A stretch of 64,000 bases of DNA from Desulfobacterales bacterium (GTDB taxonomy: Bacteria; Desulfobacterota; Desulfobacteria; Desulfobacterales; JAAELO01). Below the pieces are notes generated by a model. That model ran no database searches and was not told where the DNA came from. It saw nothing but the letters and a program-made list of their open reading frames with translations. The stretch covers positions 70,701 to 134,700 of the forward strand of contig JAAELO010000457.1 of the NCBI GenBank assembly GCA_024226555.1. Direction: 5' to 3'. The position numbers and the translations under genes were made by a program. This document shows positions 46,457-56,303 of this stretch, one piece after another; position 1 is the first letter of the stretch; each line of letters starts with the position of its first letter.

Positions 46457-49400
46457 TTATTTTAAATTAGATGCTTTTTGCTTTATTGATTCAAGAAGTT
46501 TCTCTTTATCAAGTTTTATCAGATATTCATCAATGCCTACTGTTCTACCCTTTGCAATATCACCTTCTCCTGCAAGAGATGTAAGAGCAATAACCGGAAG
46601 ATGTGAGAATTTCTCATCCCCTCTTATTTTCGCAGTTAACTCAAAACCATCCATATTAGGCATTTCAAGATCTGTTAGCACCATCATTATATCATCAGAT
46701 ATTTCATTCAATAAATTCCATGCTTCAAGTCCATCTTCAGCAGAAACAACATCATATCCTTCCTCCTCAATAAATCCAGATACCTGGGTTCTAAAGAAAG
46801 CAGAATCTTCAGCAAAGAGTATTTTCTTCTCTGATGCAATAATCTCTTTTTTCAGACCAGTTTGTTCTTCAATAAACCAATCAGGATTAAGAACTTTCAT
46901 CATTTCAAAGATATCTATCAGCATTGTTGTTTTTTCATTAACAATTAATGACCCCATTACACCATCTTGTCTTAATGTGGAATCATCAATTTCCAGTTCA
47001 ATCTCAACTGCATCTACAGGTGGTACAACAATTAAACCAATCTCTTTATTAGCAACCTGAAAAACTATAACCTCAAGCTGATCCTTGTCTGGAATTTTTT
47101 CAACATTAGCAACCTCAGACATTTCGTATAAAGGAAGTGATCCCCCTCTGTACTGAATAACCCTTTTTCCACCAACAATTTCAATATCAGTGGACTGAAT
47201 TCTTTCTATTCTCTCAACAAGATTAAGTGGGGCAGCCAGTTGCTCATGTTCACCATTTCTAAACAATAATAGAGATGCTCTATCCTGGCCTGTGTCTTTA
47301 ACTTCTTTCTTACGTGCCGCTTCAATCTGTTGTGTATCCAGTGCCATAAGATCTGCCATTTTTGCAAGACTTGCAACATCAAGAATAAGAGCGACTTTTC
47401 CATCTCCCATTATTGTAGCACCTGCATAACCTTTACAATCATTAAGATGACGGCCAAGGGGTTTTACAACAATCTCTTCCGAATCATGAAGCTTATCAAC
47501 AATAAGTCCATATTTAAATGTTCCGGCAGAAACAACAGCTATATTTATTGCGCTTGCAGCTCTATATCTTCTATCTTCACCTTCACGCAGATTTTCGTAC
47601 TCTTCATTTTTTTCTATACTTTCTTCAGTTTCATCGCCACCAGAATCTAAAATCTTAGACCTTCTGTCAGAGATTGATCTTCTATCGATTTTCTCTTCGT
47701 TAGTAACAGGGTCGACAAATATTTTATCAATGTCAAGAACATCCGCAAGGTTAAGAAGTGGTAACAAAGCACCTCTTAATCTAACAACTTCAGCGTCTCC
47801 AACTCTTTCTATTCTTTTGTGTACCTGAGCAGCAGGAATCCTAAGCAATTCATCAAGGTTAACCTGTGGTATTGCAAATCTTTCCTTTCCTATTGAAATT
47901 AGCTGACTTGGTATAATTGCAAGTGTTAGCGGAAGTTTTATTTTTATTGTTGTTCCAACCCCTAACTTTGAGTCTATATCAACAATTCCACCTAACTTAT
48001 CTAAGTTAGTTTTTACAACGTCCATTCCAACACCACGACCAGAAACATCTGTAATCTCTTTGGCAGTAGAAAATCCTGGTAGAAAGATAAGCATAATCTT
48101 CTCTTTTCCAGAAAGACTATCTGCCTGATGCTCATCTAACAAACCTTTTTGAACTGCAGATAAAGCTAATTGATCTCCATCCAATCCTTTTCCATCATCG
48201 GAAATCTCAATATTAACCTGTCCTGCTTCATGGTAAGCTCTAAGCTTTATGCTTCCAACCGGAGGTTTGCCTGCTTTTGCTCTGATATCTGGCAACTCTA
48301 TTCCGTGATCTACAGAATTTCTAACTAAATGAGTAAGTGGATCGTTAATAGATTCAATAATTGTTTTATCTAATTCTACTTCTTTACCTTCGAGGGTCAG
48401 TTCAACCTGCTTATTAAGTATTTGAGCAAGATCCCTTACAACTCTTGTGAATTTAGTAAAAACATTGGATATGGGCTGCATCCTCGTTTTCATAATAGCT
48501 TCCTGAAGCTCAGAAGTTATCATATCTATGCGCTGACTGGAGGATTCCATGGCTCTATCATTTTTTGAACCAACACCTTGTAATAATTGATTTCTGCTGA
48601 GAACTAATTCTCCAGCAAGAGTCATCAATGTATCTAAAAGATTAACATTAACTCTCAAAGATGTTTGTGCTTTAACTTTTTCCGGACCTTTATCCTGTAT
48701 TGGAGGTAAATTTTCTTTTGAAACCTCAGCAACGGGAACCGGTTCTACAACTTTTTCAATTACAGGTTCTGCAACAGGAGTTGGTATTTGTTCAACTACT
48801 TTTACTGGCTCCGGAGTTGTTACAGGTTCAGGAGTGACTACAGGTTCAGGTTTTTTAACTTCTGTAGCAGTTGCACCCTCTAAGGCAATCATATCTTCAC
48901 TAACCATATGTATAAATTGTTCATCTATGTCAATCAAAGTTGGGGCAATATCTGGTTCAATTATTGATGCAAACAGAACAAAAAACGGAATTTTAACAGG
49001 TGTATTTTCCTCAAGAGTTCCCACAGATAAAAAGTCGATCTTTGAATCAATGATCACACCACTGCTTAGAAGTGAATTCATAACAGTTATTGGGTTTTTA
49101 TCCTGACGATGTATGTCATTAATAAGGTCAAATTCAATAATATATATAAATTTCCCTTGTTTAGCGGATTGTTCAATATCATACTGGGAAACAATAAAGT
49201 TTGTTTTTGTCGCTGGGTGTTTAATCTCAACCTCATTGCTAAGGCTCCCTTTTTCTGAATCAGGAAGAGAATCTGTTGTCACGCTAATTAGAGCTTCAAC
49301 AAATTCCTGAATATCTGCAGTGTTGCTATCTTCTATTGACTCAATTAGTTCACGCAGCTTATCAAAGGATTTTAGGAGTATGCTGATCATATCTGGTCTT

Positions 49401-49657
49401 GGAACTAATTCTTGCGTTCTGATAAGGCCTAAAACATTTTCAAGGTTATGTGAAAGGTCTTTGATCGTTGAAAGCCCCATGAATCCGGCCCCTCCCTTAA
49501 TTGAGTGGGCTGCCCGGAATACATTATTCACAAGATCTTCGTCTATATTGGCTCCGCCTTCTTCAATCTCCAACAAGTCATTTTCAATATCTGATAAATG
49601 TTCTAAAGATTCTTCAACATACATGCGCAAGGTTTCGTCATCTTCAAAAATCATCAC
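46457..49657 (-). CDS. cheA: Hybrid CheA (Hpt, HATPase, two CheW domains, REC)
   Basis: FRAAHSIKG, HLVRNSVDHG, GFSTA..SGRGVGMDVV, two CheW domains, C-terminal receiver. Confidence 0.96.
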   Translation of the reverse strand: MMIFEDDETLRMYVEESLEHLSDIENDLLEIEEGGANIDEDLVNNVFRAAHSIKGGAGFMGLSTIKDLSHNLENVLGLIRTQELVPRPDMISILLKSFDKLRELIESIEDSNTADIQEFVEALISVTTDSLPDSEKGSLSNEVEIKHPATKTNFIVSQYDIEQSAKQGKFIYIIEFDLINDIHRQDKNPITVMNSLLSSGVIIDSKIDFLSVGTLEENTPVKIPFFVLFASIIEPDIAPTLIDIDEQFIHMVSEDMIALEGATATEVKKPEPVVTPEPVTTPEPVKVVEQIPTPVAEPVIEKVVEPVPVAEVSKENLPPIQDKGPEKVKAQTSLRVNVNLLDTLMTLAGELVLSRNQLLQGVGSKNDRAMESSSQRIDMITSELQEAIMKTRMQPISNVFTKFTRVVRDLAQILNKQVELTLEGKEVELDKTIIESINDPLTHLVRNSVDHGIELPDIRAKAGKPPVGSIKLRAYHEAGQVNIEISDDGKGLDGDQLALSAVQKGLLDEHQADSLSGKEKIMLIFLPGFSTAKEITDVSGRGVGMDVVKTNLDKLGGIVDIDSKLGVGTTIKIKLPLTLAIIPSQLISIGKERFAIPQVNLDELLRIPAAQVHKRIERVGDAEVVRLRGALLPLLNLADVLDIDKIFVDPVTNEEKIDRRSISDRRSKILDSGGDETEESIEKNEEYENLREGEDRRYRAASAINIAVVSAGTFKYGLIVDKLHDSEEIVVKPLGRHLNDCKGYAGATIMGDGKVALILDVASLAKMADLMALDTQQIEAARKKEVKDTGQDRASLLLFRNGEHEQLAAPLNLVERIERIQSTDIEIVGGKRVIQYRGGSLPLYEMSEVANVEKIPDKDQLEVIVFQVANKEIGLIVVPPVDAVEIELEIDDSTLRQDGVMGSLIVNEKTTMLIDIFEMMKVLNPDWFIEEQTGLKKEIIASEKKILFAEDSAFFRTQVSGFIEEEGYDVVSAEDGLEAWNLLNEISDDIMMVLTDLEMPNMDGFELTAKIRGDEKFSHLPVIALTSLAGEGDIAKGRTVGIDEYLIKLDKEKLLESIKQKASNLK

Positions 49658-49994
49658 TATCTCCTAATGAATTTATTCGCCTATGTTAAACATATAACAT
49701 AATAGCCAATTGTAATTAAATTTATTTTGATATTTTTAACAAAATAAACTATTAAAGTCAATAAAAGCAAGTATTACAATTATATTTGGCTAATTTAGTT
49801 TTATATTTTGACACAATTAAGTTTAGTATAATAACATTCTTATAAAATATTTAAAATCAATGAATAAAAAAGTTTTATTAGATTCTCTAATTTTGATTTG
49901 GTTAAAGGAACAATTTCTATCAACTATAACTTTTTTTAAACAATATGACAACCTATTAGTAATTTATAAGCGTCTGTTACATCACTATAAAAAG

Positions 49995-51215
49995 TCATTC
50001 CGATAGAATTCTTATTAGATCATTGCTGTTATAAACACCATTTAGAGATAAATAAACCTGCATATTTGGTTGCGCTACATCAATTTCTATTCCCTTTAAG
50101 TCAGTTATTTTTTTTACAACATCATCATTGGAAGGACCTTTTTGTGATGTGAACACTTTTATTTTATCATTTTTAAAAAACCTGTTTCGAACAATAACTT
50201 TATAACCAATATCATCTGTCTCCAATATTTTACCTATTAAATTTTGAACAGCATTTGGTTTTAGATCCTCATAATTAGGAATAACTTCATCCTGATTGCC
50301 AAAATAAAATCCAGTACAATATGTTCTGTTATTTATCAGGGTTAGTTCCTTTAACCAGTGATTTTTTACTTTGTATTTTTTAGGTGATTCTGTATAGAGA
50401 TCTATTGCTTCTCTGTAAACTTTAACGACAGATGCAAGGTAATTTATCCCTTTAATACGTCCCTCAATTTTCAGTGAATCAAGGCCTGATTCTATTAATT
50501 CAGGAATATGCTCAATCAGATTAAGATCTTTTGAATTAAAAAAATATGATCCCCTTTCATCCTCAGTAACGTTGACGTATTCCCCAGGTCTTTTCTCCTC
50601 AACCAATGAATACTTCCATCTACATGGATGACTGCAAAGGCCTCTGTTTGCATCTCTGTTTATCATAAAACTGCTTAAAAGACATCTCCCTGATTGAGAG
50701 ATGCACATTGCTCCATGTACAAAGGCCTCGACCTCAAGTCCACCTTTCTGAGCAATTATCTCAATATCTTTTAATGAGAGTTCTCTTGCAGTATTAACCC
50801 GTGTAATACCAAGTTTTTTCCAAAACTTAACAGTATTATAGTTTGTAGTATTTGATTGGGTACTAAGATGAATATCTATTTCAGGTGCTATACCCTGTGC
50901 GAGCATTATTATACCAGGGTCAGAAATGATAAAAGCATCGGGTTTCATTTTTTTTATTTTTTCAAGATAATTTGCAATCTCTTCCTGTTCATTATTTCTT
51001 GAGTATATATTGCAAGCCACATAAACCTTAACATTGTTATTATGGGCAAACTCTATTCCCTTTTCTATATCTGTAAGTGAAAAATTATCGGAATAGCTTC
51101 TTAAACTAAACTCTTTTCCAGCAAGATATACAGCGTCAGCGCCGTATTTAATTGCAATTTCAAGTTTTTCATAATTACCAGCTGGAGCCAGCAGTTCCGG
51201 TTTTTTTAAAGACAT
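49995..51215 (-). CDS. U32 peptidase family (TrhP/YegQ-like tRNA hydroxylation protein)
   Basis: PELLAPAG, GADAVY, HLSTQ, HGAMCIS.SGRC, C.HPCR, SLKIEGR. Confidence 0.92.
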   Translation of the reverse strand: MSLKKPELLAPAGNYEKLEIAIKYGADAVYLAGKEFSLRSYSDNFSLTDIEKGIEFAHNNNVKVYVACNIYSRNNEQEEIANYLEKIKKMKPDAFIISDPGIIMLAQGIAPEIDIHLSTQSNTTNYNTVKFWKKLGITRVNTARELSLKDIEIIAQKGGLEVEAFVHGAMCISQSGRCLLSSFMINRDANRGLCSHPCRWKYSLVEEKRPGEYVNVTEDERGSYFFNSKDLNLIEHIPELIESGLDSLKIEGRIKGINYLASVVKVYREAIDLYTESPKKYKVKNHWLKELTLINNRTYCTGFYFGNQDEVIPNYEDLKPNAVQNLIGKILETDDIGYKVIVRNRFFKNDKIKVFTSQKGPSNDDVVKKITDLKGIEIDVAQPNMQVYLSLNGVYNSNDLIRILSE

Positions 51216-51323
51216 CTATCTTTTTCCAATCTTCCATAATTATTATATTAAAAATTCAAATCGTAAGTAGCAGTTTTTAATAAGAAATTCAAATGAATTA
51301 GTGGTGTTTTTTTGAAATGCAAC

Positions 51324-51398
51324 TGGTACCCCCGGCAAGAATCGAACTTGCGCTCAAGGATTAGGAATCCTATGCTCTATCCACTGAGCTACGGGGGC
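51324..51398 (-). tRNA. tRNA-Arg (anticodon CCT)
   Basis: Cloverleaf GCCCCCG...TAGCTCAGTGGATAGAGC...TT-CCT-AA...GTTCGATT...CGGGGGT-A-CCA. Confidence 0.95.
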
Positions 51399-51433
51399 GC
51401 ACAAATTAAATGAAAGACTTTATCTCACAAAAA

Positions 51434-53140
51434 CTACTCAATGTAAAGTCTTTGCCCGGGATATATTTTACTGTTTGATTTTAAGCTGTTTAAGCTGAGT
51501 AATCTGTGAAGTTGCATATTGTGTTTAGCTGCTATTGTGAAAGGAGAGTCCCCACTTTGAACTCTATAGAGAGCTGAGTTTGAAGAAACTCTTTTTTTAC
51601 CAGGAAGTTTAATAATCTGATTTATATTAACCTTTGATGATGTTAATTTATTTAAAGATTTAATTATAGCTGGTGTAGTATTATATTTTCTTGCAATACT
51701 CCAGAGAGAGTCCCCGCTTTTTACTTTATGTGTTTTTGCATATTTATTTCTAACTGCTTTTCTTTTTTTATATGCTAAAGTCTGAGGGATTTTAAGAATT
51801 TTACCAGCAACTATATAATTGCTTTTAGAAATCTTATTCATCCGTTTAATTGATCTGATTGAAGATCTGTATTTTCTTGCTATTCCAGAAAGCGACTCTC
51901 CCAATCTAACTCTATGAAATGTAAAAGCTCTTTGAGGCGGTCTTGAGACTTTGATTGAACCAATATTAGCCAAGAGAACTTTTGTTTTTCCAAATGGTAT
52001 CCTAAGAGAATATTTTTTATCAGGTACTATATTGTATCTAAGTTCTGGATTCAGGTTTTTTATAATCTGGCTTGAAGTATTTAGTATTCTTGCAATATCT
52101 TTTAGGTGAACCTGTTTTTCAATCTCAACATATTCATACTTGTATGGTTTCATCAATTTTACCTTATCAAAACCATATTTTTTTAAATTTTTTACAATAT
52201 GCAAAGTAGCTAAAAATCTCGGAACATAACGTGCCGTTTCTCTGGGGAGCCTGCTGTACAAATCCCAGAAATTATCTAAATAATTGATATTTTGACTTCT
52301 AATAAGTCTTAAGGTCCTTCCTGGACCGCAATTATATGCAGCAAGGACTGTTGACCAGTCACCAAACACTGAATGCATTTTTTTAAGATATGCCACAGCA
52401 GCATTAGTTGATTTAACCGGATCTATTCTTTCATCAATAAATTGATCTCTTTTTAATCCGAACATATAACCGGTTGTTGGAACAAACTGCCACAAACCTA
52501 AAGCCCTTGCTGAAGATAATGCCTTTAGTTTAAAACCACTTTCAACAAGTGGAAGCCATGACAATTCTGCCGGTAGTCCGGCCTTTTTCAGGGATTTAAG
52601 CATCATTTCCCTGTACATACCTGAACGTGCGAGCGATTGGGCAAAAAATTTCTTTTCATATGTCGTAAATCTTCTTATTTCAGCAAAAACTTGTTTATTA
52701 AGAGTTACAGGTATTTCTTTATGATCACCTTTTAACTTTATGTTTCTGGATGCATAAATTTCAAGAATTCGCTTGCTAATCATGAAGCGCAAATCTTCTT
52801 TTTGCTGAATGAGCTTGGGAACACTTAAATCGTCAACATTCAATATTAATGAATATGCCTGATCCAGACTTTGAATTGCATTTTCAATCTCACCATTCTG
52901 CCAGAATTCCTGTGATGCTCTACAGAAATCCAGTGCCTGATCAAAGCATGGTTCTATAACTGCTGATTCATCATAAAGATTTTTATTTATATCTGAGAAA
53001 CCGGAAAGGACCGGTGCAATATTTAAATTATTTTCCTGAGTTAATTTGTAATTCAAATCCTGGGTTAGAGAGAGGGCGTTGCTGGATATTAGTGTAATAA
53101 TAAAGATAAGAATTAAGTATCTTAAGTTATATATTTGCAT
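51434..53140 (-). CDS. mltD: Lytic transglycosylase with three LysM domains (MltD-like)
   Basis: LVES, ALGLWQF, AAYNCG, ETARYV, three LysM repeats. Confidence 0.9.
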   Translation of the reverse strand: MQIYNLRYLILIFIITLISSNALSLTQDLNYKLTQENNLNIAPVLSGFSDINKNLYDESAVIEPCFDQALDFCRASQEFWQNGEIENAIQSLDQAYSLILNVDDLSVPKLIQQKEDLRFMISKRILEIYASRNIKLKGDHKEIPVTLNKQVFAEIRRFTTYEKKFFAQSLARSGMYREMMLKSLKKAGLPAELSWLPLVESGFKLKALSSARALGLWQFVPTTGYMFGLKRDQFIDERIDPVKSTNAAVAYLKKMHSVFGDWSTVLAAYNCGPGRTLRLIRSQNINYLDNFWDLYSRLPRETARYVPRFLATLHIVKNLKKYGFDKVKLMKPYKYEYVEIEKQVHLKDIARILNTSSQIIKNLNPELRYNIVPDKKYSLRIPFGKTKVLLANIGSIKVSRPPQRAFTFHRVRLGESLSGIARKYRSSIRSIKRMNKISKSNYIVAGKILKIPQTLAYKKRKAVRNKYAKTHKVKSGDSLWSIARKYNTTPAIIKSLNKLTSSKVNINQIIKLPGKKRVSSNSALYRVQSGDSPFTIAAKHNMQLHRLLSLNSLKSNSKIYPGQRLYIE

Positions 53141-53493
53141 AGTTTTATAAAAACCGATCTCTTTTATATATTATAGTTTCATTTATTTTTTAAAAAAATA
53201 TAGAGTCTATAACTATTTGTCAAGAAACAATACTATATTTATAAAGTAAATAATTTTAAAAAGCAAAATAAAACACCATAATTACAAGGCTTTAATAGCA
53301 ATAAAGTGCTTCTTACGAAGTACATTTCTAATATGAAATACTTCTACCAAAAAGCTATAATCAAGCAATTACAAGGAGGTCATGATGAATTTGTCTTTAA
53401 TAAATAATTATATTATATATGAAATCTATTTATTTGTTGATAATTTTGAGATATGAATAAAAATTTATATAATTTATAAGGTTAAGCATTAAA

Positions 53494-54117
53494 ATGACAA
53501 AAGAGACACAATATCCTGACTATTTGCGTGAAAAAGCTCTTATTGAAAGGGATGGATTTAAACGAATTGTTGGAGTTGATGAAGCAGGAAGGGGGCCTGG
53601 AGCTGGACCTGTAGTCGCTTGTGCACTTTATGTGCCTCCTGATCAGGTTTCATCTCTTGCTGGAAGAGTAAAAGATTCAAAAAAGATGACAAAAAAGATG
53701 CGTGATAAGATGTATAGTTTTCTAGTGACATCTTTCGATTATGCTATTGGTATTGTTGATAATAAAGAGATTGATAGAATAAACATACTTGAAGCAACAA
53801 AAGTTGCTATGAAAAAAGCAATTAGTCAAATACCAGATGTGGATTATGCATTAATAGATGGTAACATGACGATCAATGACCTCACAGTTCCATATGATTC
53901 AATTATTAAGGGTGATAACATCAGTATCTCAATTGCTGCGGCTTCAGTTGTTGCAAAAGTTACCAGAGATCGAATGATGAAGGAGTTACATGATCAATAT
54001 CCTTTATATGGATGGAACACAAATAAGGGTTATCTTTCAAAAAAACATATTGAGGCTATAAAAACACATGGAACTACTCCATATCACAGAATGTCATTTA
54101 GAAAAGTGGGTAGATAG
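53494..54117 (+). CDS. rnhB: Ribonuclease HII
   Basis: GVDEAGRG, DSKK, LIDG, IKGD, AAASVVAKV.RD, HR.SF. Confidence 0.96.
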   Translation: MTKETQYPDYLREKALIERDGFKRIVGVDEAGRGPGAGPVVACALYVPPDQVSSLAGRVKDSKKMTKKMRDKMYSFLVTSFDYAIGIVDNKEIDRINILEATKVAMKKAISQIPDVDYALIDGNMTINDLTVPYDSIIKGDNISISIAAASVVAKVTRDRMMKELHDQYPLYGWNTNKGYLSKKHIEAIKTHGTTPYHRMSFRKVGR

Positions 54118-54320
54118 TTTCAGGAAATTGAAAAGGTGTTATTTTTATAAAGTCTATTATTGTTTGGGATAAAGGTAGGTTATGTTAATATTATGAATTT
54201 TACTATAGGGAATATATGTAATATTATTTTCCTTTAAAAAAACAGAAAATATTATAAAAACTGAGTTGTTTGATTTCATAGAAAAACAGGGAGCCATTTT
54301 TTTAGAAAAAAATATCAGCC

Positions 54321-54353
54321 TTGACTCAAGTTAACCTTTACGTTATGGTTAAC
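54321..54353 (+). promoter_or_regulatory. Promoter with LiuR-type operator upstream of the MerR regulator
   Basis: TTGACT-17 bp-TATGGT overlapped by GTTAACCTTTACGTTATGGTTAAC. Confidence 0.65.
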
Positions 54354-54426
54354 TTTAAAAAAGCAATCTAAATTATAATATGAACAATATCATACCTTTA
54401 AAATACAAAAGATTTAAATAAAATTT

Positions 54427-54813
54427 ATGGAGCAGTTAATGAAAAGATTCTCTATTTCTGATCTTGCAGAAGAATTCAATATAAGTAGTCGTTCTTTACG
54501 ATTTTATGAAGAAAAGGGCTTAATAACGCCAGAACGCTCAAAAGGAAATCAAAGGGTTTATGATGAGAGAGATTTTGAGCGAATGAAGCTAATCCTGAGA
54601 GGGAAAAGGTTAGGCTACTCTTTAAATGAAATTGGTGAGATGATTGGCTATGATAATATTGATATGGATGAAATTACTCAAATAAAAAAGGGTATTGAGT
54701 ATGGAGAAAGAAAATTGATTGAGGTCAGAAGAAAAATAGATGAATTAAAAGCACTTGAAGAGGATTTGGTTAAAGTTGACACAAAATTAAAAGGGAGACT
54801 TGGTGATATTTAA
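54427..54813 (+). CDS. MerR-family regulator (LiuR-like)
   Basis: SISDLAEEF..S.RSLRFYEEKGL...R.KLILRGKRLGYSL.EI. Confidence 0.9.
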   Translation: MEQLMKRFSISDLAEEFNISSRSLRFYEEKGLITPERSKGNQRVYDERDFERMKLILRGKRLGYSLNEIGEMIGYDNIDMDEITQIKKGIEYGERKLIEVRRKIDELKALEEDLVKVDTKLKGRLGDI

Positions 54814-54819
54814 AATAGT

Positions 54820-55935
54820 TTAAACGATATTTTTGATCTCATTAATCGAAAGGGGTCTTTCCTTTAAAGCTGACATATCTTTAATATCTTTAATAACTCT
54901 TTTCAAATCTTCTTTGTCAAAATCAATACCATTTCTTTTAAGAACCTTCTTAACAAGATTTTTCCCACATAAAACATTTACATAAAACTCTTCATCTTCT
55001 GAAAGACCAAAACTATTATCACCATGGGTTCCTGCCACATGGGTTTTTGAAGAAGAACCAAAAAAAGGTGTGTTATAATTCAGTATAGAAAAACCTGTTT
55101 TTTTAAAGCAAATTTCATTAACATATTCATAGTACTCTCTAAACAGTTCTTTATTTTCTATTGAAAGATCAATTTTAAATCCTTTTTCCTTTAAAACTTT
55201 TCCCACTGTAAACAGATCTCCAATTCCGTTTCGCTCTCCAATTCCCAAAGCAGAAACTTCAATTATACTCCCACCGTTTAAAACCCCCATAATTGTATTT
55301 GCAGAAGCAAATCCCATATCATTATGACAATGAATTCCAAGTTTAGTCTTATTTTCAACCACTTTCGCAATTGATTTTACTTTTTCTTCAATAATATCGG
55401 GTGAAAGTATTCCCGATGTATCTGGCAGGGATATTATATCAACCATAAGGTCTGATGATAAAAATTGAGCGCTATCAGAAAGAAGACACGGTTCGGTTTT
55501 TCCAATATCCAAAAGGCTTATTCCAATACAGCTTTTTTCGGTATTACTTCTTATATATTCAATTGTCTCTTTTAAAGATTTGAAAATTTCTATGGGGTCT
55601 CTTTTTTTTAGAGCATCTTCAGTTATGATTGAATGGAGATGAAAATCATGAACATTAACCTTAACCATAAATTCAACATCCTGTACAATTGATCTGCAAA
55701 GTCCTGCAACTCTAATATTATAACCTTTTCTTACTATGTGCTTTGAAAGTTCTTCTATGGCTTTTTCTTCACTTCTATGTGCAGGAGGATACCCTGCCTG
55801 GGATATGTTAACTTTTAACTTTTCCTGAAAATCCAGAATCATCTTTCTTTCAGGAATTGAGAAAACTAAACCTCTGAACTGCATGCCTTCTCTAATTGTT
55901 TGATCAACAACCGTTATCTCTCTGCTTATATTCAT
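54820..55935 (-). CDS. DRE-TIM metallolyase (isopropylmalate/homocitrate synthase-like, catalytic domain only)
   Basis: DQTIREGMQ, LPDTSG, HCHNDMG.A.AN, GIGERNG, H.AG.H. Confidence 0.85.
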   Translation of the reverse strand: MNISREITVVDQTIREGMQFRGLVFSIPERKMILDFQEKLKVNISQAGYPPAHRSEEKAIEELSKHIVRKGYNIRVAGLCRSIVQDVEFMVKVNVHDFHLHSIITEDALKKRDPIEIFKSLKETIEYIRSNTEKSCIGISLLDIGKTEPCLLSDSAQFLSSDLMVDIISLPDTSGILSPDIIEEKVKSIAKVVENKTKLGIHCHNDMGFASANTIMGVLNGGSIIEVSALGIGERNGIGDLFTVGKVLKEKGFKIDLSIENKELFREYYEYVNEICFKKTGFSILNYNTPFFGSSSKTHVAGTHGDNSFGLSEDEEFYVNVLCGKNLVKKVLKRNGIDFDKEDLKRVIKDIKDMSALKERPLSINEIKNIV

Positions 55936-56033
55936 TAAATATTCTTCTTTAAAATGGAAATATTATAAAAACAAAAGTTAAGTTGTAAAAAGGTAGCTTT
56001 ATTATACTTATTTATCAACAGATTTTTAATTAA

Positions 56034-56220
56034 ATGAATCTCTAATTAATTAGAAATTTTTGATGAAATTCAGATTATTAAAAAATTTAGTTTTATAAAA
56101 CCTCTGCATGAAAAAAGAACGAGATGGTTCGGTTATAAAACGCTTTAATTTATAAACAATATAACAGTTTTTTTAGGATATAACGAAGTATTTCGGAAAA
56201 AGAGCTGTTATTAGATTTCC
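56034..56220. mobile_element. Degenerate MITE with two palindromic inserts
   Basis: GAATCTCTAATTAATTAGAAA...CTGTTATTAGATTTCC. Confidence 0.65.
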
Positions 56221-56303
56221 TTAAGATTCTTGTAGCCCGAAAGTGTTATGATATGTTATTAACCTTTTGACAATGTTGTTAACAAAACCCTAAAGAGGTC
56301 TAT

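Noticed and set aside
48805-48855. 18-bp tandem repeats in cheA (PEPVVT/PEPVTT)
   Set aside because: Ordinary Pro-rich interdomain linker
51240-51434. Prophage or island integrated at tRNA-Arg
   Set aside because: Flanked by housekeeping genes; no integrase or duplicated tRNA 3' end seen
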